From assembly GCA_002423485.1 (NCBI GenBank), contig DIWH01000011.1, forward strand, positions 72,667-136,666: a DNA stretch of 64,000 bases. Direction: 5' to 3'. The number at the start of each line of letters is the position of its first letter. The stretch's first letter is position 1. Below, piece after piece: positions 43,551 through 52,938 of this stretch. Source of the DNA: Candidatus Xenobium occultum. GTDB taxonomy: Bacteria > Vulcanimicrobiota > Xenobia > Xenobiales > Xenobiaceae. A model generated the notes under the pieces. It worked only from the letters and a program-made list of their open reading frames with translations. It was not told the DNA's origin and did not search any database. The position numbers and the translations under genes were made by a program.

Positions 43551-45782
43551 TCAGGACTCGATCTGCTCGCGCAGCACCTCGGCCAATCGCGCGGGGAGCT
43601 TGGAGACCCGGTCCACCAGAACGGCCTCCGGATACACGTTCTCGACGTGCTCCATCCCAGAGTCGATCCCGACGCCGATGGCGTTGATGCCCAATTCCTT
43701 GGCGCGCGCCAATTCGGCTTTGAGCTGGTCCTCTTTGCCCTGGCCGTCGGTGATCACGATCATGATCTTGCGCTTGTCGGGGTCGCCCTTCCGGAGCATC
43801 TCGATGGCCGACTTCACGGCGTCCGAGTCGTTGGTCCCGCTCGAGGGGCTGCTCTCGATATCGGCCAGCATCGAGTTCCGCGAGTCCAGGGTGAACTTCT
43901 CGGCGAGATCCTTGTGGACTTTCGGGGTATCCGAGAAGCCGAGCAGACCGAAGCTGATGTCCAACTGGTCCAGCGCCTCCACGGCCAGGACCAGGGCCTG
44001 CACCGCATTGCGCCACTTGTTGTCGCCCTTCATGGAACCCGACTCGTCCAGAACGAACACGAACTCATAGCCGCGCTCGGTGGGGTTGTTCCGGCGCAAC
44101 CAGATATTGGGGTCGAACTCTCCGGTCCGCTCGTATCGGGCCTCCGCCTGCATCGCCGAGCGCATGTCCAGCTTTCGTCCCGAGGCGAAGGTCTGGCGCT
44201 GGAACTTGGGCCGGGTGTTCTCGGCCAGGAAGTTCTTCAACTCGCCCGCCAGCTCATCGGCGTAGGGGGCCACCGGACCGTGGTAACGGTCGTAGTCGGA
44301 CTTCAGGCCCTCGTACATCGACTCCATATCCTGCTTCATGCGGATCAGGTCCTCCAGATCCGGCAGGTCGATCTCCGAAGTCCCCCGTCCATCCGGGCTC
44401 CCGTTCTGGTCGCCAGACGGATTGGGGTCGCCTCCGGTCTGGTTTCCGGTCTGGTTTCCGGTCTGGTTTCCGGTCTGGCCCTGGTTGGCCTGACCGCCCT
44501 GCTGAGGCTGGCCAGGATCCTGGCCCGGCTGGGGGGCCGGTCGACCCTGTTGAGCCTGGTCGGACTTCTGGCCTGGCTGAGCCTCACCGCCACGCTTGAG
44601 GTCTCCCTGTCGGGACTCCAGCTTGTCGTTGAGCTCGCGATCCATCTCGCCGAGCACCTTCTCGGCCAGATCGCGGGCCTCTTCTGGAGTGAGGTCGGGC
44701 ATGTCCTGGGGACTGCCAGATCCCGATGGAGCGGACTGACCCGGCTGGCCGGTCTGCCCCGACGGACCGGATTGCCCCGACTGACCACCCTGGCTCTGCT
44801 GCCCCTGCTGACCTTGGAGGGCCTGGGAAAGGTTGTCGACGTCGTTCTGGATCAGCTCTTTGTAGACCGGCCAGATCTTGTTCTTGACGATGTCATAGGA
44901 CTGTTGGGCCTGCTGATCGACCTCCGCCGGGGCAAGGTCGGTCTTCAGGACGTCGCGCTTGAGGCGGATCGCCTCGCGATAGTCGCTGCGGGTCTGGTCC
45001 AGGGCCTGGTGGACCTGGGGATCGACGATGTCGGGGTCGCGCTGCCCATTGGTATACCAGTCGTAGATGACCCCGAAGCCGTACTGCATGTGCTTGGGTT
45101 GCTGCATGCCCGACTTCTCGACCACACGCCGGGCCTGGTCCGGGTTGACCCGGCCCTGGGAGGCCTCGACCAGCTTCTGGGCCATCTGCTCGCGCATTTC
45201 CGAGCGCCCTTTGAAGAGGTCCTCGTCATAGATGACCTTGAAGTAGTCCTTGGCCCCGGCATAACGCGAAATCGTGACGTTGTTGACCCGGGGATCCTCG
45301 ACGGCATTGTTCAGGAAGAGGAAGGGCTCGTTGCCCATCATCTCCTTCTCGACCAGCCAACGGGAGTACAGGCGATGAGACCCTTCGTGAAGCACGACCC
45401 CGATCCCGTAGTCCGCCGGTTTGCCCTGCAGGTCCTCCAGGCGGTAGGTGATGGTGTTGCTGGTGAAGTCGTAGGCCCAGCCAGCCCCTTCCTTCACCTG
45501 CATCTTGAAGTCGCCGCCCACCGAGCGACCGATGGATTCGATCCGATGCAACCGCTGGCGTAATTCACGCTCGAGGGCCTTGTCGCGGGTGGGGTCCGAG
45601 GCTGCGGGTGCCTGCACCGGCGCGCCCTGTGCCGGCGGTGGCGAGGCCGTCCTGGCCAGGCGGGCGTCCCCCCCCAGCTCCACGCGATCCTGGGGCGGGG
45701 CCTGGTCCGTGCCCTGGGCCTTGGACAAGGTGGCTCGGCGCACCTCGAGGGGCGCCACGTCCACTCGGCGGATCTCAGTCAT
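43551..45782 (-). CDS. vWA-domain protein with N-terminal HExxH metallopeptidase-like domain (DUF2201/COG3864-like) and long Q/G/P-rich linker
   Basis: N-terminal IGVVLHEGSHRLY (HExxH). C-terminal FVFVLDESGSMKG (MIDAS DxSxS) ... IMIVITDGQ. A low-complexity linker separates the two domains. Located downstream of the AAA gene. Confidence 0.7.
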   Translation of the reverse strand: MTEIRRVDVAPLEVRRATLSKAQGTDQAPPQDRVELGGDARLARTASPPPAQGAPVQAPAASDPTRDKALERELRQRLHRIESIGRSVGGDFKMQVKEGAGWAYDFTSNTITYRLEDLQGKPADYGIGVVLHEGSHRLYSRWLVEKEMMGNEPFLFLNNAVEDPRVNNVTISRYAGAKDYFKVIYDEDLFKGRSEMREQMAQKLVEASQGRVNPDQARRVVEKSGMQQPKHMQYGFGVIYDWYTNGQRDPDIVDPQVHQALDQTRSDYREAIRLKRDVLKTDLAPAEVDQQAQQSYDIVKNKIWPVYKELIQNDVDNLSQALQGQQGQQSQGGQSGQSGPSGQTGQPGQSAPSGSGSPQDMPDLTPEEARDLAEKVLGEMDRELNDKLESRQGDLKRGGEAQPGQKSDQAQQGRPAPQPGQDPGQPQQGGQANQGQTGNQTGNQTGNQTGGDPNPSGDQNGSPDGRGTSEIDLPDLEDLIRMKQDMESMYEGLKSDYDRYHGPVAPYADELAGELKNFLAENTRPKFQRQTFASGRKLDMRSAMQAEARYERTGEFDPNIWLRRNNPTERGYEFVFVLDESGSMKGDNKWRNAVQALVLAVEALDQLDISFGLLGFSDTPKVHKDLAEKFTLDSRNSMLADIESSPSSGTNDSDAVKSAIEMLRKGDPDKRKIMIVITDGQGKEDQLKAELARAKELGINAIGVGIDSGMEHVENVYPEAVLVDRVSKLPARLAEVLREQIES
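44434..44479. repeat. 12-bp tandem repeat (ccggtctggttt x3.8) inside the vWA gene linker, encoding (TGNQ)n on the coding strand
   Basis: Three perfect copies and one partial copy. In-frame, so copy-number change would alter linker length without a frameshift. Confidence 0.6.
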
Positions 45783-45855
45783 CGTTTGAGGCTCCTTGTA
45801 TGACCATCCGGGAGAACACCGCCCGGATCAGGGCAACTGCCCGGGCGGGAGGGGC

Positions 45856-48066
45856 TCAGAGCTGCTCGGCAAACGAGCGGGCCAGCGCCTCGACGTTCTT
45901 GCGCTCGTCCTCGTCGCTGATGGCGTCCATGTAGACGTGCATGGCCCCGTCCACGAAGGTCTGCTTGTTGTCGGCGGCCTCGGGGCCGAAGACCTTCATG
46001 AACTTCGAGAAGGCCTTCAGGTCGCGCAGGGTGTAAACGAACCCATCCTTCCGGGCGGAGGCCAGGTCCCCGCTTTCGACCTTCGAACGGATGTCGTAGT
46101 GGAACTTGACCATCTGCTCGGCGATCTTGTCGCCCCCCTCCACCTTCTTCATCCAGCCGGCCACGATGGTCGTCGTCTCGCCGACATCGGTCAGCTCGGG
46201 GAACCACTGCTCGGTGAAGCGGTTGCGCATGGCCAGGGAGAGGTCGCGCCGGCCCGCGTACTGGGACGTGGCCGGGTTCATGGTGGCGAAGACCCGGAAA
46301 TTCGGATCCGCCTCGACCTTCTCGCCGTTGTGCTCGGTCAGCACGATGGCACGGTCGTCGTCCAGAAGCGAATTGAGACGCTCGAGGATGGAGGGCTCGG
46401 CCAGGTTGATCTCGTCGAGGACCACCCAGTCGCCATTCTTCATGGCGGTGATCAGGGTGCCGTCCCGCCAGGTGTACTCGCCCGGCTTGGGTCTGCCGGT
46501 GGTCGGGTCCGTGGCCGGAACGTAGCCGCCGATCAACTCGGAGGTGTCCGTCTGCAAGCTGAGGTTGAAGCGGTGCAGGTTCCGGTTGTCCAGGTGGGCC
46601 AGATAGCGCACGTAGGACGTCTTGCCGGAAGCCGTCGGGCCGACCAGCAGGACCGGCTCGTCCAGGGCCGCCGACTTGGCCAGGCGCGTCAGCTTCTGCA
46701 CCGTGGAGGGCGTGTTGAAGAGCCGAGCCGACTCGTCGGGGACCAGCGTCCCTCCCTCGCCTTTGTCCAGGACCGCCTCGCCAATACGGACCTGCTGGGG
46801 CTGTTCCTCGACCGTGATGTCGAGATCGCGGGTCGGGGGCTCGTTGGCTTTGCCGAAGGTCAGGGCCAGGACGTCATCCACCACCTGGCGATCGTCGTCG
46901 TTGATGAAGCGAGCCTGGTAGACCTCTCGAGCCTCCTTCCAGAGGATCTGTTCGGTGCTCAACCCGGAGGTGGCGAACTTCTCGACCCGCTTGTTCCACT
47001 TCAAGACGTCCCGCAGCGTGAAGGGATAGGGGCCACCCTTCTTGCCGATCTGGCGGTGCTCGGACATGTCCGCCATCTGCTTGTGGAACATGACCATCTG
47101 AAGGACGGTCTTCTCGGGCAGCTTGGACTTGGCCTGGATGATCTCGACCATCTCCTCAGGCTTCATGCCCTCGACCCAGGTCTTGTGGAAGCGGTTCATC
47201 ATCGCCGCCGAGAGCTCTTTGCGACCCGCGTAGGAGGCCGGGTTCATGGTCGCAAAGATTCGGGTACTCTCGTCAGCTCGGACAATCTCGGGGCCCTTGT
47301 CGCCGGCGCCCTTCTCGGTCAGGACCAGGAAACGGTCGTCGTCCAGCAGCGAGTTGAGCCGCTCGAGGATGGCCGGTTCGGCCAGGTTGATCTCGTCGAA
47401 GAGGATCCACTGCCCCTGCTTGAGGGCCTCGACCACCACGCCGTCGTGCCACTCCGGGCGGCCATCCTGCCCCGGCTTGTAGCCCCCGACGATCTCGACC
47501 ACATCGGTCATGTCGTTGAGGTTGATCCGGCGCAGCTCGTTGTTGGTCAGATGGGCCAGGTACTTGACCAGCGACGTCTTGCCTGCTCCGGTGGGGCCGG
47601 TCATGAGGACGTTTTCGTTCAGCTTGACCGAGCGGGCCAGCTTCTCGAGGTTCTTGACCGTGGTCGGGGTGTGGATCAACCTCGACCTCTCGTCGGGAAC
47701 CCAGGAGTGGGCCTTGGAAGCGGACGGCGCCTCCTGGGACGTGGTCGCGCTGGCCTGGGCCACCGGGACGCCAGGCTCATCCACAGGCTGAGCCGGAGGC
47801 TCTTCCAGGAAGAGGGTCTCGGGCACTCCCTGCGACCGCGGTGGCGCGGAAGCGCCGGCCGGCACACTCGCCTGTGCCGCCTGCGAGCCGGCAGCGGAAA
47901 TCGCCGGGGCGGCTGCTGAGCCAGGGCTGACATGACCGGCAGCGGGGTTCAACTGGACCGAGTCCTGGGCGCTGGGAACCGATATTCCGGGTTCCGGGGC
48001 CACCCGGCGGGCGCCGGGAAGCGGCGTCTGCGCGCTCTGACCGGGCTGAACCTTGATGCTGTCCAT
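45856..48066 (-). CDS. tandem AAA_5 (MoxR/dynein-related) ATPase, two complete AAA modules
   Basis: Two Walker A motifs (GPTGAGKTS, GPTASGKTS). Two Walker B motifs (ILFDEINLAEP, VVLDEINLAEP). Duplicated ILERLNSLLDDDR and TMNPA motifs. ATG 48066 is 6 nt after GGGAGGA. Confidence 0.8.
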   Translation of the reverse strand: MDSIKVQPGQSAQTPLPGARRVAPEPGISVPSAQDSVQLNPAAGHVSPGSAAAPAISAAGSQAAQASVPAGASAPPRSQGVPETLFLEEPPAQPVDEPGVPVAQASATTSQEAPSASKAHSWVPDERSRLIHTPTTVKNLEKLARSVKLNENVLMTGPTGAGKTSLVKYLAHLTNNELRRINLNDMTDVVEIVGGYKPGQDGRPEWHDGVVVEALKQGQWILFDEINLAEPAILERLNSLLDDDRFLVLTEKGAGDKGPEIVRADESTRIFATMNPASYAGRKELSAAMMNRFHKTWVEGMKPEEMVEIIQAKSKLPEKTVLQMVMFHKQMADMSEHRQIGKKGGPYPFTLRDVLKWNKRVEKFATSGLSTEQILWKEAREVYQARFINDDDRQVVDDVLALTFGKANEPPTRDLDITVEEQPQQVRIGEAVLDKGEGGTLVPDESARLFNTPSTVQKLTRLAKSAALDEPVLLVGPTASGKTSYVRYLAHLDNRNLHRFNLSLQTDTSELIGGYVPATDPTTGRPKPGEYTWRDGTLITAMKNGDWVVLDEINLAEPSILERLNSLLDDDRAIVLTEHNGEKVEADPNFRVFATMNPATSQYAGRRDLSLAMRNRFTEQWFPELTDVGETTTIVAGWMKKVEGGDKIAEQMVKFHYDIRSKVESGDLASARKDGFVYTLRDLKAFSKFMKVFGPEAADNKQTFVDGAMHVYMDAISDEDERKNVEALARSFAEQL

Positions 48067-48234
48067 GTGAGTCCTCCCTGGAAGACCTGCCGGGAGCCCG
48101 GAATCCTGTCGACGAAATCCAGAAGGCAGACCGGCATGGTTGGGCCTGTTTGATCCTTCCAAAGATAGCCTTCCCGTCTCCCAACCGTCCAATGCCAGGA
48201 TGATAACATCCCGACAGGTCAGGAGTTCCCCGAA

Positions 48235-49032
48235 TCAGGGCGTCTGGGGCGCGGGAGGGGTCTCTGGCCCGGCTGAGGGTACAGGGCCAGCGGTTCCGGC
48301 GGGGGCGACCGGGCTGACAGGCGCCGCCACGCCTTCGGACCCTGCCGCAGGGGCTTCCGGAGCCGCTCCGATCCCAGTCGCCAACCCGGCCAGAATCTGC
48401 TCGACGGCTCGTCCCATCAGATGGAAGCCGGTGGGGGGACGACCAAAGCGAACCGTGGAGGCGATGCGGGAAAATTCCGCGATCTCGGCGGCCAGGTTCG
48501 GGCCCTCCGGTGCGGTCCCCAGCATCACGAAGCCTCGGGCGGGGCCTTCCTGAGTGGCGGGACGAGTGAAGAACCACGCGCGACAGGCCACGTTTCGCCC
48601 CTCCTCCTGCCGTGAGAAGCCCAGCCACGGACCCACCGAATCCTCCCCCTCCTCAGGGGTGCCGACCAGGGTTCCGGTGCTGCGCAGTTCGGCCAGTTGC
48701 CTCTGTCGGAACACGGCCGGACTGAGGTCCTGCTCGAGGTCCTGGACGGTCAGCACCAGGTTCTCGCGGAAGCCCCCGCTCTCCGGGGTCAATGGCTTGA
48801 AGGCCACGACCACCGCTCGGTCGATGCCCCGGCGCAGCTCCCAGTAGCGATCCTCGCCGCCGGGCTTCTCGGCCAGGGAGATCAGGGGGACGCTGAAGGA
48901 GATCCCCTCTCCGTAGAAGCGGCCGATCTGCCCGCTGTGGTGGGTTGCCTGGGGTGCGGCGCAACCCGAAGCACCGAAGAGGGCAAGCCCGGCGAGCAAC
49001 ATGAAAAGGTTCCGGATGGTGGCTGAACGCAT
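48235..49032 (-). CDS. lipoprotein, function unknown
   Basis: Signal peptide with lipobox LFGASGC. Followed 168 nt later by the AAA gene on the same strand. Confidence 0.55.
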   Translation of the reverse strand: MRSATIRNLFMLLAGLALFGASGCAAPQATHHSGQIGRFYGEGISFSVPLISLAEKPGGEDRYWELRRGIDRAVVVAFKPLTPESGGFRENLVLTVQDLEQDLSPAVFRQRQLAELRSTGTLVGTPEEGEDSVGPWLGFSRQEEGRNVACRAWFFTRPATQEGPARGFVMLGTAPEGPNLAAEIAEFSRIASTVRFGRPPTGFHLMGRAVEQILAGLATGIGAAPEAPAAGSEGVAAPVSPVAPAGTAGPVPSAGPETPPAPQTP

Positions 49033-49115
49033 CGGGGCGCGTTCGGGGCTTCCCGTCCTGGTCCTTCCCGCAGCGTCCTGTTCCTCCGGCGCCCGATCCC
49101 CAAAGACCAGTCGCC

Positions 49116-49988
49116 TCAGGGTCTGGGGTTTCGAGATCGATGCCGACGACGTCGGGAAAGCAGGAGGCGTGCCAGCCAGTGCCGAGTCTGCCGGGTCCGT
49201 GCCTCCAGCGCCTCCCTCATCACGGCAGCCGACTCCGGGCGCCGCGCGGGGTCCACGTCGAGGCAGCGGCTCAACAGGTCCTCCATCTCCAAGGAAAGCG
49301 CCGGATTGAACTCCCGCGCCGGTGGGAAGGCAAAGCCAAAGGGCTGAGGATCCCGGGCCGTGAGGAGCTCGAAGAGGGTGGCGCCGAGCGCGTACAGATC
49401 CGAGCGGGTCTCGGCGCGGCCCTGGTACTGCTCGGGCGGCGCGTATCCCGGCGTCCCGTAGGCCGTGGTGTCCCCGGGTCGGCCTGGACGCATCGGACGC
49501 GCGATTCCGAAGTCCACCAGCTTCAGTGGACCACGGACCGAGACCATCACGTTCGACGGCTTGAGATCGCGGTAGACCACCGGCGGTCTCAGGCCGTGCA
49601 GGTAGCCCAGGACCTCGCAGATCTGCACCCCCCAGGAGGCCACCAGGGCTTCTTCCAGAGGTTCGGCACGGCTGCGCAGGACGTCCGCCAGGGTCGGCCC
49701 TTCGACCCTCTCCATCACCAGGAATTCGCGACCATCCTGGGTGAACCGGTGCAGGACCCGAGGCAGCGATGGATGGCGCAGGCGAAGCAGGATGCCGGCC
49801 TCCCGCTCGAAGAGCTCGAGGGCTTCGGGCCGGTCTGCCGGACAGATGGCCCGGAAGTCCAACTCCTTGACGGCCCAGACACGCCCTCGCTCGCGCGTGT
49901 CTCGGGCCAGCCAGACCCGACTCGAAGCGCCCTCCCCCAGAAGGCGTTCGACCCGATAGCGCCCCGCCAGCAGGATGCCTGGTTCCAC
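49116..49988 (-). CDS. Ser/Thr protein kinase (catalytic domain only)
   Basis: GTG 49988 starts immediately after the ABC gene TAG. AVKEL, YRDLKPSNVMV, VDFGIA and APE motifs are all intact. Confidence 0.7.
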   Translation of the reverse strand: MEPGILLAGRYRVERLLGEGASSRVWLARDTRERGRVWAVKELDFRAICPADRPEALELFEREAGILLRLRHPSLPRVLHRFTQDGREFLVMERVEGPTLADVLRSRAEPLEEALVASWGVQICEVLGYLHGLRPPVVYRDLKPSNVMVSVRGPLKLVDFGIARPMRPGRPGDTTAYGTPGYAPPEQYQGRAETRSDLYALGATLFELLTARDPQPFGFAFPPAREFNPALSLEMEDLLSRCLDVDPARRPESAAVMREALEARTRQTRHWLARLLLSRRRRHRSRNPRP

Positions 49989-49990
49989 GC

Positions 49991-51076
49991 CTACTCCAGG
50001 TCGATCCCCTCGGTCATGCGGAGGTAGACCTCCTGGAGATCCCAGGCCTCGTCCGCGAAGCTGACCACGGGGAAGCCCTTCTCGAAGAGCAAGCGGTTCA
50101 GCTTCGCCAGTTCCCTGTCCTCCCCGGCGAACTCCAGGACCAGTTGTTCCTCCTGCCAGGCGACCGAACGGACGCCGGGAGTTCCCTCCAGAAAGAGCCG
50201 ACACTCCTCTCCCCTCTCCAGCAGCCGGACCCGCACCCTGCGGGTCCCACGCAACCGGGAGACCACCTGACGGGTCTCGCCGAAGAGCAGGAGCTGCCCT
50301 TTGGCGAGAATCCCGACCTTGTTGCAGAAATCAGCCAGGTCCGAGAGGATGTGGGAGGAGACGATCAGGGTCTTGCCCCTCTTCTGCAGCCCCTTGAGGA
50401 TGTCGGCCAGTTCGACCCGCGCCCGAGGATCCAGACCGGCTGCGGGTTCGTCCAGAAGGAACAGGGCGGGATCGTGCATCAGCAGACGAGCCAGACCCAG
50501 GCGCTGCTTCTGCCCCCGAGAGAGGCCTTCCACCGGATTCTCGGCCAGGCGGGTCAACCGGGTGGTCTCCAAGGCCTCGGCGATCACGAAGTCCCGATGA
50601 TGGGCGGGCACCTTGTAGGCGCGGGCGAAGAACTCGAGGTATTCCCGAACCAGGAGATCGTCGTAGACGCCCAGGAAATCGGGCATGAACCCGACCCGGG
50701 CGCGCACCTCGGCCACCTGTTTCAACGAGAAGCCGGCGATGCGGGCCTCCCCGGCATCGGGGGCCAGGACGGTGGCCAACATCCGCAGGGTCGTCGTCTT
50801 GCCTGCCCCGTTGGGGCCCAGGAAGCCGAAGATGTCCCCAGGGTAGAGCTTCAAGGACAATTCGTTGACGGCCAGGGTCGAACCGTAGCTCTTGGTCAGC
50901 CCCCGGACCTCCAGGACCGGCTCCACTCCGGGCGAGGGCTCCTCCAACGTGCGCGGGTGGGGGTCGGGACCGGGTGCAGACCAGCGCGGGACCGAGTCTT
51001 CCTCGGGGCGCGGGGTTCGGACGGGGCCGGCGCCTTCGGGCTCGAGGTGGCGGGTCTGGGGATCGATCTGGCTCAT
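49991..51076 (-). CDS. ABC transporter ATP-binding protein with Pro-rich N-terminal extension; no adjacent permease
   Basis: Walker A GPNGAGKTT, signature LSRGQKQRL, Walker B LFLLDEP. ATG 51076 overlaps the upstream TGA (ATGA). Confidence 0.75.
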   Translation of the reverse strand: MSQIDPQTRHLEPEGAGPVRTPRPEEDSVPRWSAPGPDPHPRTLEEPSPGVEPVLEVRGLTKSYGSTLAVNELSLKLYPGDIFGFLGPNGAGKTTTLRMLATVLAPDAGEARIAGFSLKQVAEVRARVGFMPDFLGVYDDLLVREYLEFFARAYKVPAHHRDFVIAEALETTRLTRLAENPVEGLSRGQKQRLGLARLLMHDPALFLLDEPAAGLDPRARVELADILKGLQKRGKTLIVSSHILSDLADFCNKVGILAKGQLLLFGETRQVVSRLRGTRRVRVRLLERGEECRLFLEGTPGVRSVAWQEEQLVLEFAGEDRELAKLNRLLFEKGFPVVSFADEAWDLQEVYLRMTEGIDLE

Positions 51077-52158
51077 GGCTCGGGGCTTCGACGGCCCCCA
51101 CTCGCCTTCCCCTGGCTTTGCGACGACGCCCATTCCAGGCGCTCCAGAAAGCCTCGAGGATCGCGGTGGAAGGCCCCCTCCGGCAGGTCTCCCCGGGCCA
51201 GGGCCGTCAGGGTTTCCGCCAGGAAACGGTTCACGGGAGCTTCCAGCCCCAGCCGGGCGGCCTCGAGGGCGATGGCACCGTTCATCCACTCCACCTCCGT
51301 CCTGGCGCGACCCGCCCGCAGGTCCAGCAGCAGGGAGGGAGGCTTGTCTCCCCGGCCTGACGCCATTCTCGGTGCCAGCAGGGGAAAAGCCAGTGCCTCC
51401 GGCAACCAGCGAACGGCACGGGCCAGCAGTCGCACCGGATAGCCCGGAAGGTCGACCACGGCCAGGCCCCTCCGGCGCATCACCCGCAGGGCCTCACGCA
51501 GCGCCTGCAACTCGACTCGGAAGAGATCCCGCTCGGCCAGGAGTTGTCGGCAGGACAGGTCCAGGATGGCGCAGGAAGCGTTGGCGACCATGTTCAGCAG
51601 CAGCTTGGACCACTTCATGGCGGCTGCGTCGGCCAACACGGCGACGGGAACCCCCTGGGCTGCCAGGCGCGCAGGGAGGTCTCCTGGGATCTCCCCCCGC
51701 GCCAGGGGAGCCAGGGCCAGGCCTCCCCGTGACCCGGGGCGCAGGACCCCCGGATCCGGGCAGGCCACCGCGCGGGTCACCGAGCCCACGAAGGTCCTGG
51801 CCTTCCCGAAACAGGCCGCCACCTGGTCCTCGGTGCCGAGTCCATTCTGGATGGCCAGGACGCGGGTGGGGTTCAACCCGGCCTGCTGCGCCTGGGCCAG
51901 GGCGGCCTCGACTGCGAAGGTCTTGACGGCCAGGACCAGCCACTCGAACCGTCGCTGCTCCTGAGGGAGGTCCTCCAGGCTGGCGATGGCCCGGACCGGG
52001 AGATTCTCCTGGGCACCCTCCACCTCCAGGCCACGCACGCGCAGGACTTCCAGATGAGGAGGTCGGGCCAGGAGGGTGACCTCGGTCCCGGAGCATGCCA
52101 GAAGGCCACCGAGCCACTGCCCGATGGCCCCCGCTCCCAGGACCAGGACCCTGGACAC
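51073..52158 (-). CDS. 2-dehydropantoate 2-reductase family (ApbA/PanE-like)
   Basis: N-terminal Rossmann motif VLVLGAGAIGQWLGG and the ApbA-family C-terminal domain. Confidence 0.7.
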   Translation of the reverse strand: MSRVLVLGAGAIGQWLGGLLACSGTEVTLLARPPHLEVLRVRGLEVEGAQENLPVRAIASLEDLPQEQRRFEWLVLAVKTFAVEAALAQAQQAGLNPTRVLAIQNGLGTEDQVAACFGKARTFVGSVTRAVACPDPGVLRPGSRGGLALAPLARGEIPGDLPARLAAQGVPVAVLADAAAMKWSKLLLNMVANASCAILDLSCRQLLAERDLFRVELQALREALRVMRRRGLAVVDLPGYPVRLLARAVRWLPEALAFPLLAPRMASGRGDKPPSLLLDLRAGRARTEVEWMNGAIALEAARLGLEAPVNRFLAETLTALARGDLPEGAFHRDPRGFLERLEWASSQSQGKASGGRRSPEP

Positions 52159-52164
52159 GGGTTC

Positions 52165-52722
52165 CTAGACCCGCCGCAGGTACTGTCCGGTCCGGGTGTC
52201 GATCTGCAGCTTGGTTCCGACCTCGATGAAGAGCGGCACATTGACGACCGCTCCGGTCTCGAGGGTGGCAGCCTTGGTGGCACCGGTGGCCGTGTCTCCC
52301 TTGTAGCCGGGCTCGGTGTCGGTGACCACCAGCTCCACGAAATTGGGGACCTCGATCCCGATGGGAGTGACGTCGTGGAAGGAGACCTCCACCTCGGTCC
52401 CATCCTTCAACCACTGAACGTTGTCGCCCAGGAGGGCCTTCTCGACGGGCACGTCTTCGTAGGACTCCAGGTCCATGAAGTGATAATGGTCCTCCTCGAT
52501 GTAGGTGAACTGCATCTTGCGGCGTTCGATATGGGCCCGCTGCAGTTTTTCGCCGCCCCGGAAGGTCTTCTCGACGGTGTAGCCAGTCTTGATGTTCCGA
52601 AACTTGGTCCGGACGAAGGCTGCGCCCTTTCCGGGCTTGACGTGGAGGAACTCGACGACCTGGAACAGGTCTCCATCAATCTCCACGGTCATCCCCGTGC
52701 GAAAATCGTTCACCGAGATCAT
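52165..52722 (-). CDS. efp: elongation factor P
   Basis: MISVNDFRTGMTVEIDGDLFQVVEFLHVKPGKGAAFVRTKFRN... with the KPGKG loop. ATG 52722 is 5 nt after GGAGGG. Confidence 0.9.
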   Translation of the reverse strand: MISVNDFRTGMTVEIDGDLFQVVEFLHVKPGKGAAFVRTKFRNIKTGYTVEKTFRGGEKLQRAHIERRKMQFTYIEEDHYHFMDLESYEDVPVEKALLGDNVQWLKDGTEVEVSFHDVTPIGIEVPNFVELVVTDTEPGYKGDTATGATKAATLETGAVVNVPLFIEVGTKLQIDTRTGQYLRRV

Positions 52723-52938
52723 GAGACCCTCCGCTAGAGCTCCGGTTCCTGACCAGGGGCCAGGAACCGGGTTGAATTCGATTCGGGCCCGTTCGCGCAC
52801 ATGCCCGCAAACCCTCCAACTTCGGAGAGTTCCCTGCAGACTCCGGGCGGGGCCGGTATCCCCCTTCCCGAAATCCCTTCCCAGGATCGGGAAGAGGGCC
52901 CTGGGGACAGGACCCTCTTGATTCCGGACCTGGTCGTC

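Noticed and set aside
44434-44479. Possible CRISPR array from the short direct repeats
   Set aside because: The repeats are 12 bp and perfectly tandem with no spacers, and they lie in-frame inside a coding low-complexity linker. They are not a repeat-spacer array, and no cas genes are present.
43527-47919. 678-aa and 707-aa plus-strand ORFs across the vWA and AAA genes
   Set aside because: They are mirror-strand artefacts of the strongly supported minus-strand AAA_5 and vWA genes. Their translations are Leu/Gly/Val/Asp low complexity.
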